Source: Vicinamibacterales bacterium
GTDB taxonomy: Bacteria > Acidobacteriota > Vicinamibacteria > Vicinamibacterales > UBA8438
Reading direction: 5' to 3'
Length of the DNA: 64,000 bases
NCBI GenBank assembly: GCA_965246995.1
Contig: OZ252008.1
Span: forward strand, 64,993 to 128,992
The position numbers and the translations under genes are program-made. Below, piece after piece: positions 8,441-18,089 of the stretch (the stretch's first letter is position 1; every line of letters begins with the position of its first letter). A model generated the notes under the pieces. That model was given only the letters and a program-made list of their open reading frames with translations, had not been told where the DNA came from and ran no database searches.

Positions 8441-9411
8441 TAGTGTCCCGTGCGCGAAGTACTTCGACCACACAGCGAATCCTGGTACCGTCTGATGCAT
8501 GCAGACGACCAAGGACTTCCAATTGTGCCCGGATGACCGGGACACCTTGAAACGGTGGCTGCGACGGCCGACGACGCCGAGTGGTCAGACGCGGCGAGCG
8601 CGCATCCTACTCTCGCTCGACGGGGCCGCGGTGCCCGGGAAACCGCCAGGATCCTGCACATCAGGCGGGCGACCGTGCACCTCAGGCACGGTCGCTACAG
8701 CACCGAGGGGGTCGCCGGATTGGTGGATCGCCCGCGGTTGGGGCGACCTACCGTCCTGGACCGGCGAACCGCCGAGCGCATCCTGCTGCTGACCACCAAG
8801 CGGGTTCCCGTCGATGCAACCCATTGGAGCACGCGGCTGATGGCGCGCTACGCCGGCGTCACGCAGTGGCAGGTGCGGCAGGTCTGGCAGGCCGCCGACC
8901 GTCAAACCCCATCGGCTCAAGACCTTCAAGCTCAGTCGGGACCCGCAGTTCGCCGAGAAGGTCATCGACGTCGTCGGGCTCTACCTGCACCCACCCGACA
9001 ACGCGCTGGTGTTCTCGGTCGACGAGAAGACGCAGATCCAGGCCCTCCACCGGACCCATCCCATGCTCCCGCTGCGGCCCGGTCAGGTCGCGGCCCGCAC
9101 GCAGGACTACAAGCGGCACGGGACCACGAATCTGCATGCGGCCTTCAATGTCGCGACCGGGGAGGTGCTCGGCCGGACCACCCGGCGCCATCGCGCCACC
9201 GAGTTCCGCCAGTTCCTCGCGCAGATCCAACGCGCGAGGCGCCCGACTTGCCGCTGCACCTGATCGCCGACAACAGCAGCACGCACACGACCGAAGCGAT
9301 TCGCGACTTCCTGGCCGCCCATCCCCGCTTTCACCTGGACTTCACGCCGACCAGCGCGTCCTGGCTCAATGCGGTCGAGACCTGGTTCGGCCAGTTGGAG
9401 CGGCGCGCCCT
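8441..9411 (+). mobile_element. IS630-family element, transposase inactivated by at least 3 frameshifts and 3'-truncated by another IS
   Basis: The left end is TA + gtgtcccgtgcgcg at 8441, resembling the gtgtc... ends of the intact IS630 copy at 16872. Transposase pieces lie in alternating frames from 8499: LCPDDRDTLKRWLRRP...; then GLVDRPRLGRPTVL...THWSTRLMA; then KTFKLSRDPQFAEKVIDVVGLYLHPPDNALVFSVDEKTQIQAL...YKRHGTTNLHAA; then LIADNSSTHTTEAIRDFL...TPTSASWLNAVETWFGQLERRAL. The sequence ends at the IS5-type insertion. Confidence 0.8.
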
Positions 9412-10886
9412 TAGCAGCCCGTGGTGAAAGTCCCGAATAGGGATCGACAAGACCGATCCCGCGTACTACACTTCTGCCCATGGCAATGGGCAAACGCCGC
9501 CGCCGCGTGCGGCAGCCGTCGATGTGGGTGGCCAGCGCCGACCTGCCACGAGGCGGAGGCCACCCGTTCTATGAACGCTTGAATCGTGTTCTCGACGAGG
9601 CGGGTTTCGACGCCTTCGTCGAGAGGGCGTGCGCGAAGTTCTACGCCGACGGGGTGGGCCGGCCGAGTCTGGCGCCGGGCCGCTACTTCCGGCTGCTGCT
9701 GCTCGGCTACTTCGAGGGCCTGGATTCGGAACGGGCGATCGCGTGGCGGGCCGCCGACTCGTTGAGCCTGCGGCAGTTCCTGGACATCGCGCTGCACGAG
9801 GCGTCGCCGGACCATTCGACGGTATCGCGCACGCGGCGGCGGGTGGACCTGGAGACGCACCGGGCAGTCTTCACGTGGGTGCTCGAGCGGCTGGCCGACG
9901 CCGGCCTGGTCCGCGGCAAGACGGTGGGCATCGATGCGACGACGCTGGAAGCCAACGCCGCGTTGCGGAGCATCGTCCGCCGGGACACGGGCGAGGGCTA
10001 CGAGACGTTCCTGCACGGGCTGGCCGAGGCGTCCGGCATCCCGACGCCGACGCGCGCGGAGCTGGCCCGCTTCGACCGCAAGCGCCCGAAGAAGGGGTCC
10101 AACGACGATTGGACGCATCCGCAGGACCCGGACGCGAAGATCACCCGCATGAAGGACGGCCGCACCCACCTGGCGCACAAGGCCGAGCACGTGGTGGACC
10201 TGGAGACCACCGCGGTTCTCGGCGTCACCGTGCAGGATGCCGACGCCGGCGACACGAAGACGATGGTCGAGACGTTGATTACCGCGGCCGAGCAGGTCGA
10301 AGCGGTCCTGCCGGCCGGGGCCGGCCTCACCGAGGTGGTCGGCGACAAGGGCTATCACAGCAACGACACCCTGGTTGCGTTGGCCGCGTTGGGAATCCGC
10401 AGCTACGTGTCGGAGCCGGATCGCGGTCGGCGCAACTGGCGCGACAAGCCCGACGCCCGCGCGGCCGTCTACGCCAACCGGCGACGCATTCGGGGCGCCC
10501 GCGGGAAGCGCCTGCTGCGCCAGCGGGGCGAACGGCTCGAGCGTCCTCACGCCCACCTCTACGAAACCGGGCGATTGCGCCGCGTGCATCTGCGCGGACA
10601 TGCCAACGTGCTCAAGCGTCTGCTGGTGCACGTCTGCGGCTCGAATCTGGGCCTCCTGATGCGCGAACTGACCGGCGTCGGGACCCCGCGCAGCCTCCAG
10701 GGCCGCGCCAGGGCACTCCTTGACGCCCTGATCCGGGCTCTCAGCCGCCGCTGGCGCCCCGTAGCGCCTTCCGGAGCGGCTCGTCCGTTTGACCCGCGCG
10801 ATTCGCCGTGGATTGCTCACGCCACGCATCGTCAACAACTCGTTCCGCTCACGCTACAAAGAAGCCGTTCTGCCACGGGCTGCTAG
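9412..10886 (+). mobile_element. IS5-superfamily (IS1182-like) insertion sequence
   Basis: A 13-bp terminal inverted repeat, tagcagcccgtgg (9412-9424) and ccacgggctgcta (10873-10885), brackets a single transposase gene whose stop codon lies inside the right repeat. The element is inserted into the 3' part of the IS630 transposase. Confidence 0.75.
9480..10886 (+). CDS. IS5/IS1182-type DDE transposase
   Basis: 468 aa: ...GGHPFYERLNRVLDEAGFDAFVE...GRPSLAPGRYFRLLLLGYFEGLDSERAIAWRAADSLSLRQFL...GIDATTLEANAALRSIVRR...VVGDKGYHSNDTLVALAALGIRSYVSEP...LERPHAHLYETGRLRRVHLRGHANVLKRLLVHVCGSNLG. These are typical N-terminal transposase and DDE blocks of this family. Confidence 0.85.
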   Translation: MAMGKRRRRVRQPSMWVASADLPRGGGHPFYERLNRVLDEAGFDAFVERACAKFYADGVGRPSLAPGRYFRLLLLGYFEGLDSERAIAWRAADSLSLRQFLDIALHEASPDHSTVSRTRRRVDLETHRAVFTWVLERLADAGLVRGKTVGIDATTLEANAALRSIVRRDTGEGYETFLHGLAEASGIPTPTRAELARFDRKRPKKGSNDDWTHPQDPDAKITRMKDGRTHLAHKAEHVVDLETTAVLGVTVQDADAGDTKTMVETLITAAEQVEAVLPAGAGLTEVVGDKGYHSNDTLVALAALGIRSYVSEPDRGRRNWRDKPDARAAVYANRRRIRGARGKRLLRQRGERLERPHAHLYETGRLRRVHLRGHANVLKRLLVHVCGSNLGLLMRELTGVGTPRSLQGRARALLDALIRALSRRWRPVAPSGAARPFDPRDSPWIAHATHRQQLVPLTLQRSRSATGC

Positions 10887-10925
10887 GCGTCGTAGTAACG
10901 ATGACTGTCCCAACGAAGGAGGAAC

Positions 10926-11948
10926 ATGATGCGCGGAAAGAGATTCGCCCTCGCCCTCGCGGTGTCCGTCGGTCTACCCTTCGCGCTCGCCGGCTGCTCC
11001 GGGGAAGCGCCGGAAGCGGCGATGGAGGACGTGTCCGTCGAGAGCGTGCGCGATCCGATCGTCGGCACGTACCAACTGGTCGGACGTAACGTCAAGGACG
11101 AGAGCGGCGCCTGGGTACCGACCGACGACTTCAACTCCCTCGGCTACATCACCTACAGCGACAGCGGCTACATGGCCGTGAACGTCATGCCGCGCGACCG
11201 CGAGCCGTTCGCGGACGACAGCGAGCCGACGGCGGAGGAGGTGCACACGGCGCTCCAGGGCTATACCGGGTACTACGGCCCTTTCTCCGTCGCAGAGGAT
11301 GAGGACGGCGGATTCCTGATCCACCACCGGATCGGACAGATCGACCCTGGCGGCGAGGTGGACGCGAAGCGCTACTACGACCTCGACGGTGACCGGCTGA
11401 TCCTCACCCCCGCGTCCGCCACCGGAATGAAGCACGACGCCACGCGGCAGGTCGTCTGGGAGCGGCTGCCCGACGCGGCGCTGTCGGAGGAAGCGCGACG
11501 CTTCGTGGGCTTCCGTCAGCTCCTCTACACCGACCGCTACACGGTGCAGGACGGCGTGCCCGTCGAGAGTGGGGAGCGGAACGTAGACCGCGCCGGCTCA
11601 TACATCATCTACACGCCGACCGGCCACATGATGGTCCACCTGATGGCGCGCGAAGGACGTATGCCGTACGCCGGCGACACGCCCACGCCGGAGGAATCCC
11701 TGGCTGCATACCGGACCTACGGCGGTTACTTCGGCCGCTTCACCGTGCACGAGGACGCGGATCCGCAGTACGTCGTCCACCACCAGGAAGGACGGGCGCG
11801 GCCCGTCAGCGAGGTGACCGACGCCGAACGCCTCTATCAGCTCGACGGCGACGTCCTGCGACTCGGAGGCCGGCCCAGCACAAACGAGGACGGCGTGATG
11901 GCCGGCGGGCACCTCTACTGGGAGTTGCTGCCCCACCGGCCGGAGTAG
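10926..11948 (+). CDS. Lipoprotein with two tandem lipocalin-like domains
   Basis: An AAGGAGGA RBS precedes the start. The signal peptide has a lipobox (LPFALAGC). There are two internal repeats: VGTYQLVG...GYITYSDSGYMAVNVM...YGPFSV...HHRIGQIDPG...RYYDLDGDRLIL, and again YIIYTPTGHMMVHLM...YGGYFGRFTV...HHQEG...RLYQLDGDVLRL. Confidence 0.6.
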   Translation: MMRGKRFALALAVSVGLPFALAGCSGEAPEAAMEDVSVESVRDPIVGTYQLVGRNVKDESGAWVPTDDFNSLGYITYSDSGYMAVNVMPRDREPFADDSEPTAEEVHTALQGYTGYYGPFSVAEDEDGGFLIHHRIGQIDPGGEVDAKRYYDLDGDRLILTPASATGMKHDATRQVVWERLPDAALSEEARRFVGFRQLLYTDRYTVQDGVPVESGERNVDRAGSYIIYTPTGHMMVHLMAREGRMPYAGDTPTPEESLAAYRTYGGYFGRFTVHEDADPQYVVHHQEGRARPVSEVTDAERLYQLDGDVLRLGGRPSTNEDGVMAGGHLYWELLPHRPE

Positions 11949-12115
11949 CAACGAGGCAAGCGCAGCCGGACCTCGCGGGTGAGCTATTTGAGTCCCGTGC
12001 GTACCGGATCACCCGTAGCAGTCAGGCGTCGAGGCCGGCGGTGGGCATTGACGATTGTCGGCGGCGCTACATACAGTCAATGCTAGAAGCGGCACCCCGC
12101 CCTCGACCTATTCGC

Positions 12116-13081
12116 ATGCCACTGGAAGTCGGAGTCATCGAGACCGTGCCGATCCGCGATGTCTGGCCGAGGGAGGATGCCGACTTTACACCTTGGCTTC
12201 AGTCGCACATCGGCGAGCTTGACCAGGCCCTCGGACTCGGATTGACCAACCCTCAGAGGGAGGTCGGAGCCGGTGACTTCAGCATCGACCTGGTGGCGGA
12301 GACCAACTTCGGCGATGTCGTCATCGAGAACCAGTTCGGACGGAGCGACCACCGCCACCTCGGCCAGTTGGTGACCTATCTCTCGCACCGGGACGTTCAA
12401 CGGGCGATCTGGATCGTTGAGGACGGGAGGCCGGAACACGTCAAGGCCGTGGAGACCCTTAATGAACGCGGCGTCGGGCAGATCTGGATGATCACGGTGC
12501 GACCTGTCCGGATCGGCGATTCCGCGCCGGCCCCGCTGTTCACGGTCGTCGCCGAGCCGTCCGACATCGAGAAACCCGTCGGGCCGATGGAACTCACGCC
12601 GATCCAGATCAAGAAGCGTGACTTCATGGCCGCTCTATTCACGCAAGCGCGGGATGAAGGGATCGACTCGCCGTTCAGGAATCTCAAGCCGGACTACATT
12701 GGGCTGCAGGACACACCTGCCAGAGGGTCGGGGCTGGTGTACCGCGTTGCGATTAACCGCCACGAGGCCCGGGTCGTCCTCACCAACAAGCGGGGCCGAT
12801 GGACGGGCGCGCTGGCCGTGTTGCTTGAGAACCGACAGAAGATCGACGCGGCCTTCGCGGAGGGCGACCTGCCGGAGCGCCTCAAATGGTCGGAGGAGGT
12901 GACCGCGGGCCGCTGGGTGATTCGCTACGGGGTAGACGTCAACTACCGGAACGAGCCCGACATGGCCAAGATGCTCGAACTCAATCGGGCTTCCGCCGAG
13001 ATGAAGCGCGTCTTTGCCCCGCACCTCGAGCAACTCGATCCAGAGCTTGAAGAGGACACGTCGGAGCCATCGGCCGACTGA
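12116..13081 (+). CDS. PD-(D/E)xK-like nuclease-fold protein with DUF4268-like C-terminal domain
   Basis: PIRDVWPREDADFTPWLQSHIGELDQALGLGL...GDFSIDLVAE...VVIENQFGRSDHRHLGQLVTYLS...IWIVEDGRPEHVKAVETLN is a pattern I recognise from restriction-endonuclease-like proteins (D...E-x-Q variant). The start is uncertain: the ORF opens at GTG 12041, and ATG 12116 was chosen by analogy with family N-termini. Confidence 0.5.
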   Translation: MPLEVGVIETVPIRDVWPREDADFTPWLQSHIGELDQALGLGLTNPQREVGAGDFSIDLVAETNFGDVVIENQFGRSDHRHLGQLVTYLSHRDVQRAIWIVEDGRPEHVKAVETLNERGVGQIWMITVRPVRIGDSAPAPLFTVVAEPSDIEKPVGPMELTPIQIKKRDFMAALFTQARDEGIDSPFRNLKPDYIGLQDTPARGSGLVYRVAINRHEARVVLTNKRGRWTGALAVLLENRQKIDAAFAEGDLPERLKWSEEVTAGRWVIRYGVDVNYRNEPDMAKMLELNRASAEMKRVFAPHLEQLDPELEEDTSEPSAD

Positions 13082-13109
13082 CGGTCGTGGCGACGAACGA
13101 GGTGGCCAG

Positions 13110-14585
13110 ATGTTCATGGGTCAGTCGCAAGACGAGCTCCGCTGGCAGCCACGCGCTCGTGCTCCGCGTCTCGTCTGGCTCTGCGTCCTGTGCGCGGCGG
13201 CCACCCTCGCACTGGCCCAGCCCGCCGCCGACCGGGAATGGTTGCCCGGCGATTCGCACATCCACAGCCACTGGAGCACCGGCTACGACTACCGAACCGT
13301 CCCGCCGACCCCCATCAAGGGACGGGATGCCCTCTACTCGACGCCGCGCAACGCCGCGATGGCGCGGCGGTTCGGCCTGCGCTGGATGGTGACGACCGAT
13401 CACGGCGGCCCCGCCCACTCCAAGGTGAATCTGGAGCAGGCCTACCGCGAACTGACCCTGTCGCGCGAACTCGTTCCCGAGGTGCTGCAGTTCTACGGGA
13501 TGGAACTCAACATGCCGGGCATGGACCACCACACGCTGATCATCCCCCGCGCCGAGGACGAGGCTTCGGTGCTGAACGAGATCGAAAGCCGATTCGACGC
13601 CAACGAGGACTGGGCTCGGCCCCGCGACCCGCGCCGGCAGTCGGCGGGGCTCAGACAACAGGCGCTGGCGCACATGCAGGAGCTGGACAGGCTGCCGATC
13701 CTGTTTGCAAACCATCCCTCCCGGTCGGCGGAAGCAATCGGGGTCTACGGTCGCGACGAACCGTGGGAGCTCCGGGAAAACAACGACATCGCGCCGGACG
13801 TGTACCGTGGGATGGAAGGCGCGCCCGGCCACCAGGCCGCCGCCCTCAACGAGAACGGCAGCGGGCACCGCGGCGCCTACCGGAACCCCGGGGCCCAGAC
13901 CCTGGGCGGCTTCGACCAGATGACGGCCATCGTCGGCGGCCTGTGGGACGCCCTCCTCGGCGAGGGGCGCCGATTCTGGATCGTCGCCTCGTCCGACTCG
14001 CACTTCCACTACGCCGAGCCGGTCCGGGCCGGAAGCGATTTCTGGCCCGGCGAGTTCCACAAGACCTGGGTCCACGCGCGCCCGACCTACGCCGACGTGC
14101 TCGACGGCCTGCGGCGCGGCCGTATGTTCGCGGTGGCGGGGGACCTGGTGACCGAGCTCGAGGTCAGCCTGGCGAGCGGCCGGCACGAGGCCGGGCTCGG
14201 TGGCACGCTGCGTGTCGCGCCGGGGACGCGGGTCACGGCGACCGTCCGGTTACGGGATCCGGAGACCGCGAATGCGGCGGGCGAGAACCCTGCCGTCCGG
14301 CGGGTCGATGTGATAGTGGGCGAGGTGCAGGGACCTGCCTCCGATCCGGCGAACGATCGCAACCCGACGACGCGCGTCTTCGCCCGCTTCACGCGCGACG
14401 CGCTGGACCGTGACGGAGACCGCTACACCGTCGAGGCAGTGCTGCCCGCGGTGGACCGCGACCTCTACGTCCGGGTGCGCGGGACGAGCACCGACGACCT
14501 CGAGCCTCCGATGGACGGCCCCGAGGAGAACCCCTGGCACGATCTCTGGTTCTACTCGAACCCGATCTTCGTCGAGGTCGAGTGA
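13110..14585 (+). CDS. Secreted PHP-domain metal-dependent phosphoesterase (CehA/McbA-like)
   Basis: ATG at 13110 gives a signal peptide (LVWLCVLCAAATLALAQP), then GDSHIHSHWS (PHP HxH motif), MVTTDHGG and SSDSHFHY. The 13014 start in the ORF track would overlap the preceding gene. Confidence 0.65.
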   Translation: MFMGQSQDELRWQPRARAPRLVWLCVLCAAATLALAQPAADREWLPGDSHIHSHWSTGYDYRTVPPTPIKGRDALYSTPRNAAMARRFGLRWMVTTDHGGPAHSKVNLEQAYRELTLSRELVPEVLQFYGMELNMPGMDHHTLIIPRAEDEASVLNEIESRFDANEDWARPRDPRRQSAGLRQQALAHMQELDRLPILFANHPSRSAEAIGVYGRDEPWELRENNDIAPDVYRGMEGAPGHQAAALNENGSGHRGAYRNPGAQTLGGFDQMTAIVGGLWDALLGEGRRFWIVASSDSHFHYAEPVRAGSDFWPGEFHKTWVHARPTYADVLDGLRRGRMFAVAGDLVTELEVSLASGRHEAGLGGTLRVAPGTRVTATVRLRDPETANAAGENPAVRRVDVIVGEVQGPASDPANDRNPTTRVFARFTRDALDRDGDRYTVEAVLPAVDRDLYVRVRGTSTDDLEPPMDGPEENPWHDLWFYSNPIFVEVE

Positions 14586-14795
14586 CGCCGTTCGGGCTGG
14601 GGCGTCGTCAGGCGGACTGGAGCTTGCGCCGGATCAAGCGGAGCTGGCCCTGGAGGACGCCGCCATCGAGGATCTGCCGAGCAGAAGGCCGTAACGCCCG
14701 TCGCGCGTCACGATGCCATCGAGGTCTTGACGACGGAGCATCGGCTCTCGGTCCGTCGCGCCTGCCGCGTCGTCGGACTGGCCCGGGCGGCATGG

Positions 14796-16463
14796 TCATG
14801 GTTCGGACGTCCGCGCGTGCAGGTCGAGAAGAACGCCCGCGTGGCCAGCAGGCGGGTAGACCCTTACCGGCGGATCGGCAGCCGTGCTGGCCCGAACCAA
14901 CACCTCCTGCAACGCTTCTCCAGTAGCCGCCTCGAGAAACCGTCCGGACATCGACACCGGAAATCGCAGCATCAGGTGGGAATCGAGGCGTGTCGACTCG
15001 ACGTATCCGATGAAGCGCACCGGCGACTGAAATCCGAAGGCTTGGCGGAGTCCATGCGCCGCCCGTAGCGTGCTTCCGTCCGCAGGACCGCCCACGAAGC
15101 GGAGTTCCGAGAGACTCGGCATGGGTTCCAGCGCCTGAATCGCCCGTGACGTTTCGGGCTGGACCCGATACAGCCGAGTCTCCCCCTCTACGGCCTCGAG
15201 CGCCAGATCCCGTCGTCGCTCCAGTTCGCGCAGCTTCCGCCGCATCCGGTTGCCGTATTGGTTCAGGTCTATGACGACATAACCGACGCCGATTTCCTGA
15301 AGCCATTTCACGGTCAGCACCGAAGGGAATCCGCTGGCCACGTGGGCGTTATCGTCGAAATCCGGCGGCGCGAAGCCACCAAAGCCATTCACGAGTGGTC
15401 GCCAATGGACAGTTGACGCCAGCAGATACCGGGCGTTCCTGTGAAACCCGTAGCGCCGCTGGTAAATCGGCAACTCGACAACGGCGCCGGGCCACGGCGA
15501 CGTCGCCAGGAACCGATGGATGCGCCCGGAAGTGTCTCTCCACGGATCGGAACCCCAACCGTGGAAACTCTCCCCCGTGGCCAACAGGAGCACGACGACG
15601 GCAAGCAGCGACCGCCGCGGCGGCGACACCGGCCACCTGAGTCCACTCAGGCCGATGCCTGCCAGCGCCGCGAGCGCGAAGATCGCGAGAATACCGAAAC
15701 GATTGACCGCCCGCAGACCTCGTAGCGGCGGGACCCACTCGTACGCCCAGGTGTAGACCGGCGTGAGCGACCCTAACGACAGAACCAAGCCGATGGCAGC
15801 GGCCGCCAGGAGCATACGGCCAGCCCCCAGGGGCGCCATGCGACGCCGCTGACAGACAGCGACGGTTGCCAGCACAAGCGTCACGACACCCGGAAACAAT
15901 GTACCGGGCGACGAGCGGTTGTAGTCGGCGCTCCAGCTTTCGTAGTGAAAAACGGCGCCCGACGCCAAGTAGCTTCCCAGCGCCGTCGCGAGGTCGGCCG
16001 CCTCGGCAACGGGAGGTCGTTCGTGTCCCGCCTGCAGGTAGGGCCACAGCACGACAAGCAGAATCGCGATGGTCCCCACCGCCGCTAACCCCAATTGCTG
16101 CAACAGGCGAGCTCCTTGGTGCCCCCGGAACGCGTTCGCCCGCGCAAGCGCAGCCGCGCATAGTGCGAAGAACACGAAGACCACGAGGTAGCCGGACGTC
16201 AGCGCAGCACCGATCACGCAGAGCCCCAGCCAGGCCGCGTCCCGCGGGCGGCGATGCTCCGTCAACCGTTGGAACGCAAGAAACGCCAACGGCAGCCAGT
16301 AGATGTGTATCCCTTGTATATGCGCTGACCGCGTCAAGAGCGCCGTGGTGAATGCGAACAACGCACCCGACAAAAGGCCGGCGCGAAAGTCCCCGGTCCA
16401 GTTCCTGACGAGGACGTACATGCCCAGGGCGGTCAACGCGTAGCCGAGCAGCACGAGCACCAT
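14796..16463 (-). CDS. Polytopic membrane protein (ArnT/PMT/YfhO-like glycosyltransferase-type topology) with soluble C-terminal domain; 5' end probably truncated by IS insertion
   Basis: About 10 hydrophobic segments in the first ~330 aa are followed by a soluble domain. The frame stays open upstream of the listed Met right up to the IS3-remnant terminus at 16491 (...RPGSPLLAH-MVLVLL), which suggests the native N-terminus is missing. The functional call is weak. Confidence 0.4.
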   Translation of the reverse strand: MVLVLLGYALTALGMYVLVRNWTGDFRAGLLSGALFAFTTALLTRSAHIQGIHIYWLPLAFLAFQRLTEHRRPRDAAWLGLCVIGAALTSGYLVVFVFFALCAAALARANAFRGHQGARLLQQLGLAAVGTIAILLVVLWPYLQAGHERPPVAEAADLATALGSYLASGAVFHYESWSADYNRSSPGTLFPGVVTLVLATVAVCQRRRMAPLGAGRMLLAAAAIGLVLSLGSLTPVYTWAYEWVPPLRGLRAVNRFGILAIFALAALAGIGLSGLRWPVSPPRRSLLAVVVLLLATGESFHGWGSDPWRDTSGRIHRFLATSPWPGAVVELPIYQRRYGFHRNARYLLASTVHWRPLVNGFGGFAPPDFDDNAHVASGFPSVLTVKWLQEIGVGYVVIDLNQYGNRMRRKLRELERRRDLALEAVEGETRLYRVQPETSRAIQALEPMPSLSELRFVGGPADGSTLRAAHGLRQAFGFQSPVRFIGYVESTRLDSHLMLRFPVSMSGRFLEAATGEALQEVLVRASTAADPPVRVYPPAGHAGVLLDLHARTSEP

Positions 16464-16490
16464 ATGCGCCAGGAGCGGAGAGCCTGGCCT

Positions 16491-16858
16491 TGATCCAGTT
16501 TCGTGGACGGGTTGATTATGCTGCCGGTGTCAGCCTCCGACGTTCAAACTCGGCCGGACTGACTTGGCCGAGCGTCGTGTGGTGGCGCCGCAGCTCCTCG
16601 CGTTCCTCGGTCGTCAGGCCTGTCCGGCCGTTGGTCCGGTCCGCCCGCTCGCGCTCGACCCAATGCCGGAGCGCCGACTCCGTCAGATCGAGCTCGCGGG
16701 CTACCTGGCCGACCGTCTTGCCCTCGTCGAGCACCAACCGGACCGCGCCCGCCTTGAACTCATCGGTGAACTGTCGCCGCGCTCGACGCGGCCTGACTAT
16801 CACTGCCATGGTGGACATCGTATCCGCCTTTCGAAATGTGTCCACGAGTTCGGATCAA
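16491..16858 (-). mobile_element. Internally deleted IS3-family remnant (MITE-like, both termini retained)
   Basis: The termini are tgatccagtttcgtggac (16491-16508) and gtccacgagttcggatca (16841-16858): TG...CA ends, 14/18 matching as inverted repeats. The internal ORF 16516..16845 fuses an IS3 orfA (RRQFTDEFKAGAVRLVLDEGKTVGQVARELDLTESALRHWV) directly to the extreme C-terminus of an orfB integrase (HTTLGQVSPAEFERR). Confidence 0.7.
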
Positions 16859-16879
16859 GCCCAGGCTCCTAGTGTCCTG

Positions 16880-18057
16880 TCATTCATCAAGTGTCGGATA
16901 GAGGCGTTTCAGCTTGACGCGGGCGTCGTCCGTGGTGAACTGCCAGTTGACCTTGGCCTGGATGCGGTCTCGGGACGCCTGCCAAGCCGCGACCTCGTCG
17001 TGCAGGATCTCGAGGGAGTCAATGCGGCGGTTGAGGCACTGACGGGTCATGACGTTGAGCTCGACCTCGGCGACGTTGAGCCAACTGCCATGCTTTGGCG
17101 TGTAGACGAACTCGAAGCGGTCCCACAGGGCCTTGGCCTCGGCCGGTGGAAAGGCCTCGTAGAGGGCGCCGGGGCGGTGGGTGTTCAGGTTGTCCATCAC
17201 CAGCGTGATCCTCTGGGCGCCGGGGTGGCGCTCGGCGATGTCGTTGAGGAAGTGCGCCCAGTCGGTTTTGGTTCTGCGCGCCGTCACCTTGGTCATGCGC
17301 CGCCCGGCCAGGGGTTCGGTCGCCATGAACACATTGCAGCTTCCGCGGCGTCGGTACTCGTAGTCTTCGCGTGCCGGTCGACCCGGTGCCGCCGGAACTG
17401 GTTCGCGCGTCTCGCTGATCAGTTGCCGGGGCGTCTCGTCCATGCACACCACCGGAAACGCCGCATCGTAGGGACGCCGGTAGACGTCGAGCACCTTCTC
17501 CATCGCCGCCGCGAAGTCCGCGTTGCCCTGTGGGGGAATCACCCAGCCGACTCGCCGCCACGGTTTGATTGCGTTTTTTTTAGAACCCGCCGCACCGTCT
17601 CGTGCGACACACTGTCGATGTGGCCGAGCTCCACGACGCGATCCGCCAGCAACCGCAGCGACCACTGCGAGTGGCCCTCCGGAGGCTCGGCGCAGCTCAG
17701 CGCCACCAAGCGCGCCTCGAACTCGCCGTCGGCCTTGCGCACGTAGCTGGAACGGCGACCCTGCCGACCGCCGACTGCCGCCTCCATGCCCTCCTCGACA
17801 AAACGCTTCTTGACCCGATCCACCTTGCGCGCACTGATGCGCAGGACCTCGGCAATGGCCGCCCCGCGCGCCCGGTGCTCGTTGAACTCGCCCTCATCCG
17901 AGTTGAGCAGAATCAGCGCGTTGAGCACCTTCTGCGACTGATGCGACCCCTTGCGCGTGATCCCCGCGAGTTCGGCACGCTCGTCCTTCTCCAAAGTCAC
18001 CACGTAACGCTTCATGCCAACCTCCTCGCCGTCGTTGGACGACGAGAAGGCTACCAT
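16880..18057 (-). CDS. IS630-family transposase, two overlapping frames joined by -1 frameshift
   Basis: The N-terminal HTH part (ORF 17539..18057) reads MKRYVVTLEKDERAELAGITRKG...HSQWSLRLLADRV...ETVRRVLKK. The DDE part (ORF 16880..17665) reads ...NAIKPWRRVGWVIP...VVCMDETPRQL...YEYRRRGSCNVFMA...ITLVMDNLNTHRP...TPKHGSWLNVAEVELNVMTRQCL. The frames meet at an A8 run. Confidence 0.85.
17574..17581 (-). promoter_or_regulatory. Slippery A8 run (A AAA AAA) for -1 frameshifting or transcriptional slippage in the IS630 transposase
   Basis: The minus-strand sequence is gggttctAAAAAAAAcgc. The upstream frame reads L-K-K-T-Q-S, the -1 frame reads S-K-K-N-A-I-K-P-W, and a fusion gives ...RRVLKKNAIKPW.... 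Confidence 0.65.
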
Positions 18058-18089
18058 GAAACATGCGACATATCACGTGTGACGTGACA

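Noticed and set aside
13014-13109. Upstream extensions of several ORF-track entries (13014 for the PHP protein, 22143 for the NHL lipoprotein, 28774 for PQQ paralogue A, 46612 for DsbA-like, 51001 for CopA, 53242 for the FNR-like protein, 52963 for the adaptor protein).
   Set aside because: In each case an internal start gives a proper signal peptide or family-typical N-terminus, often with an RBS. The extension overlaps the neighbouring gene or is Arg/Pro-rich.
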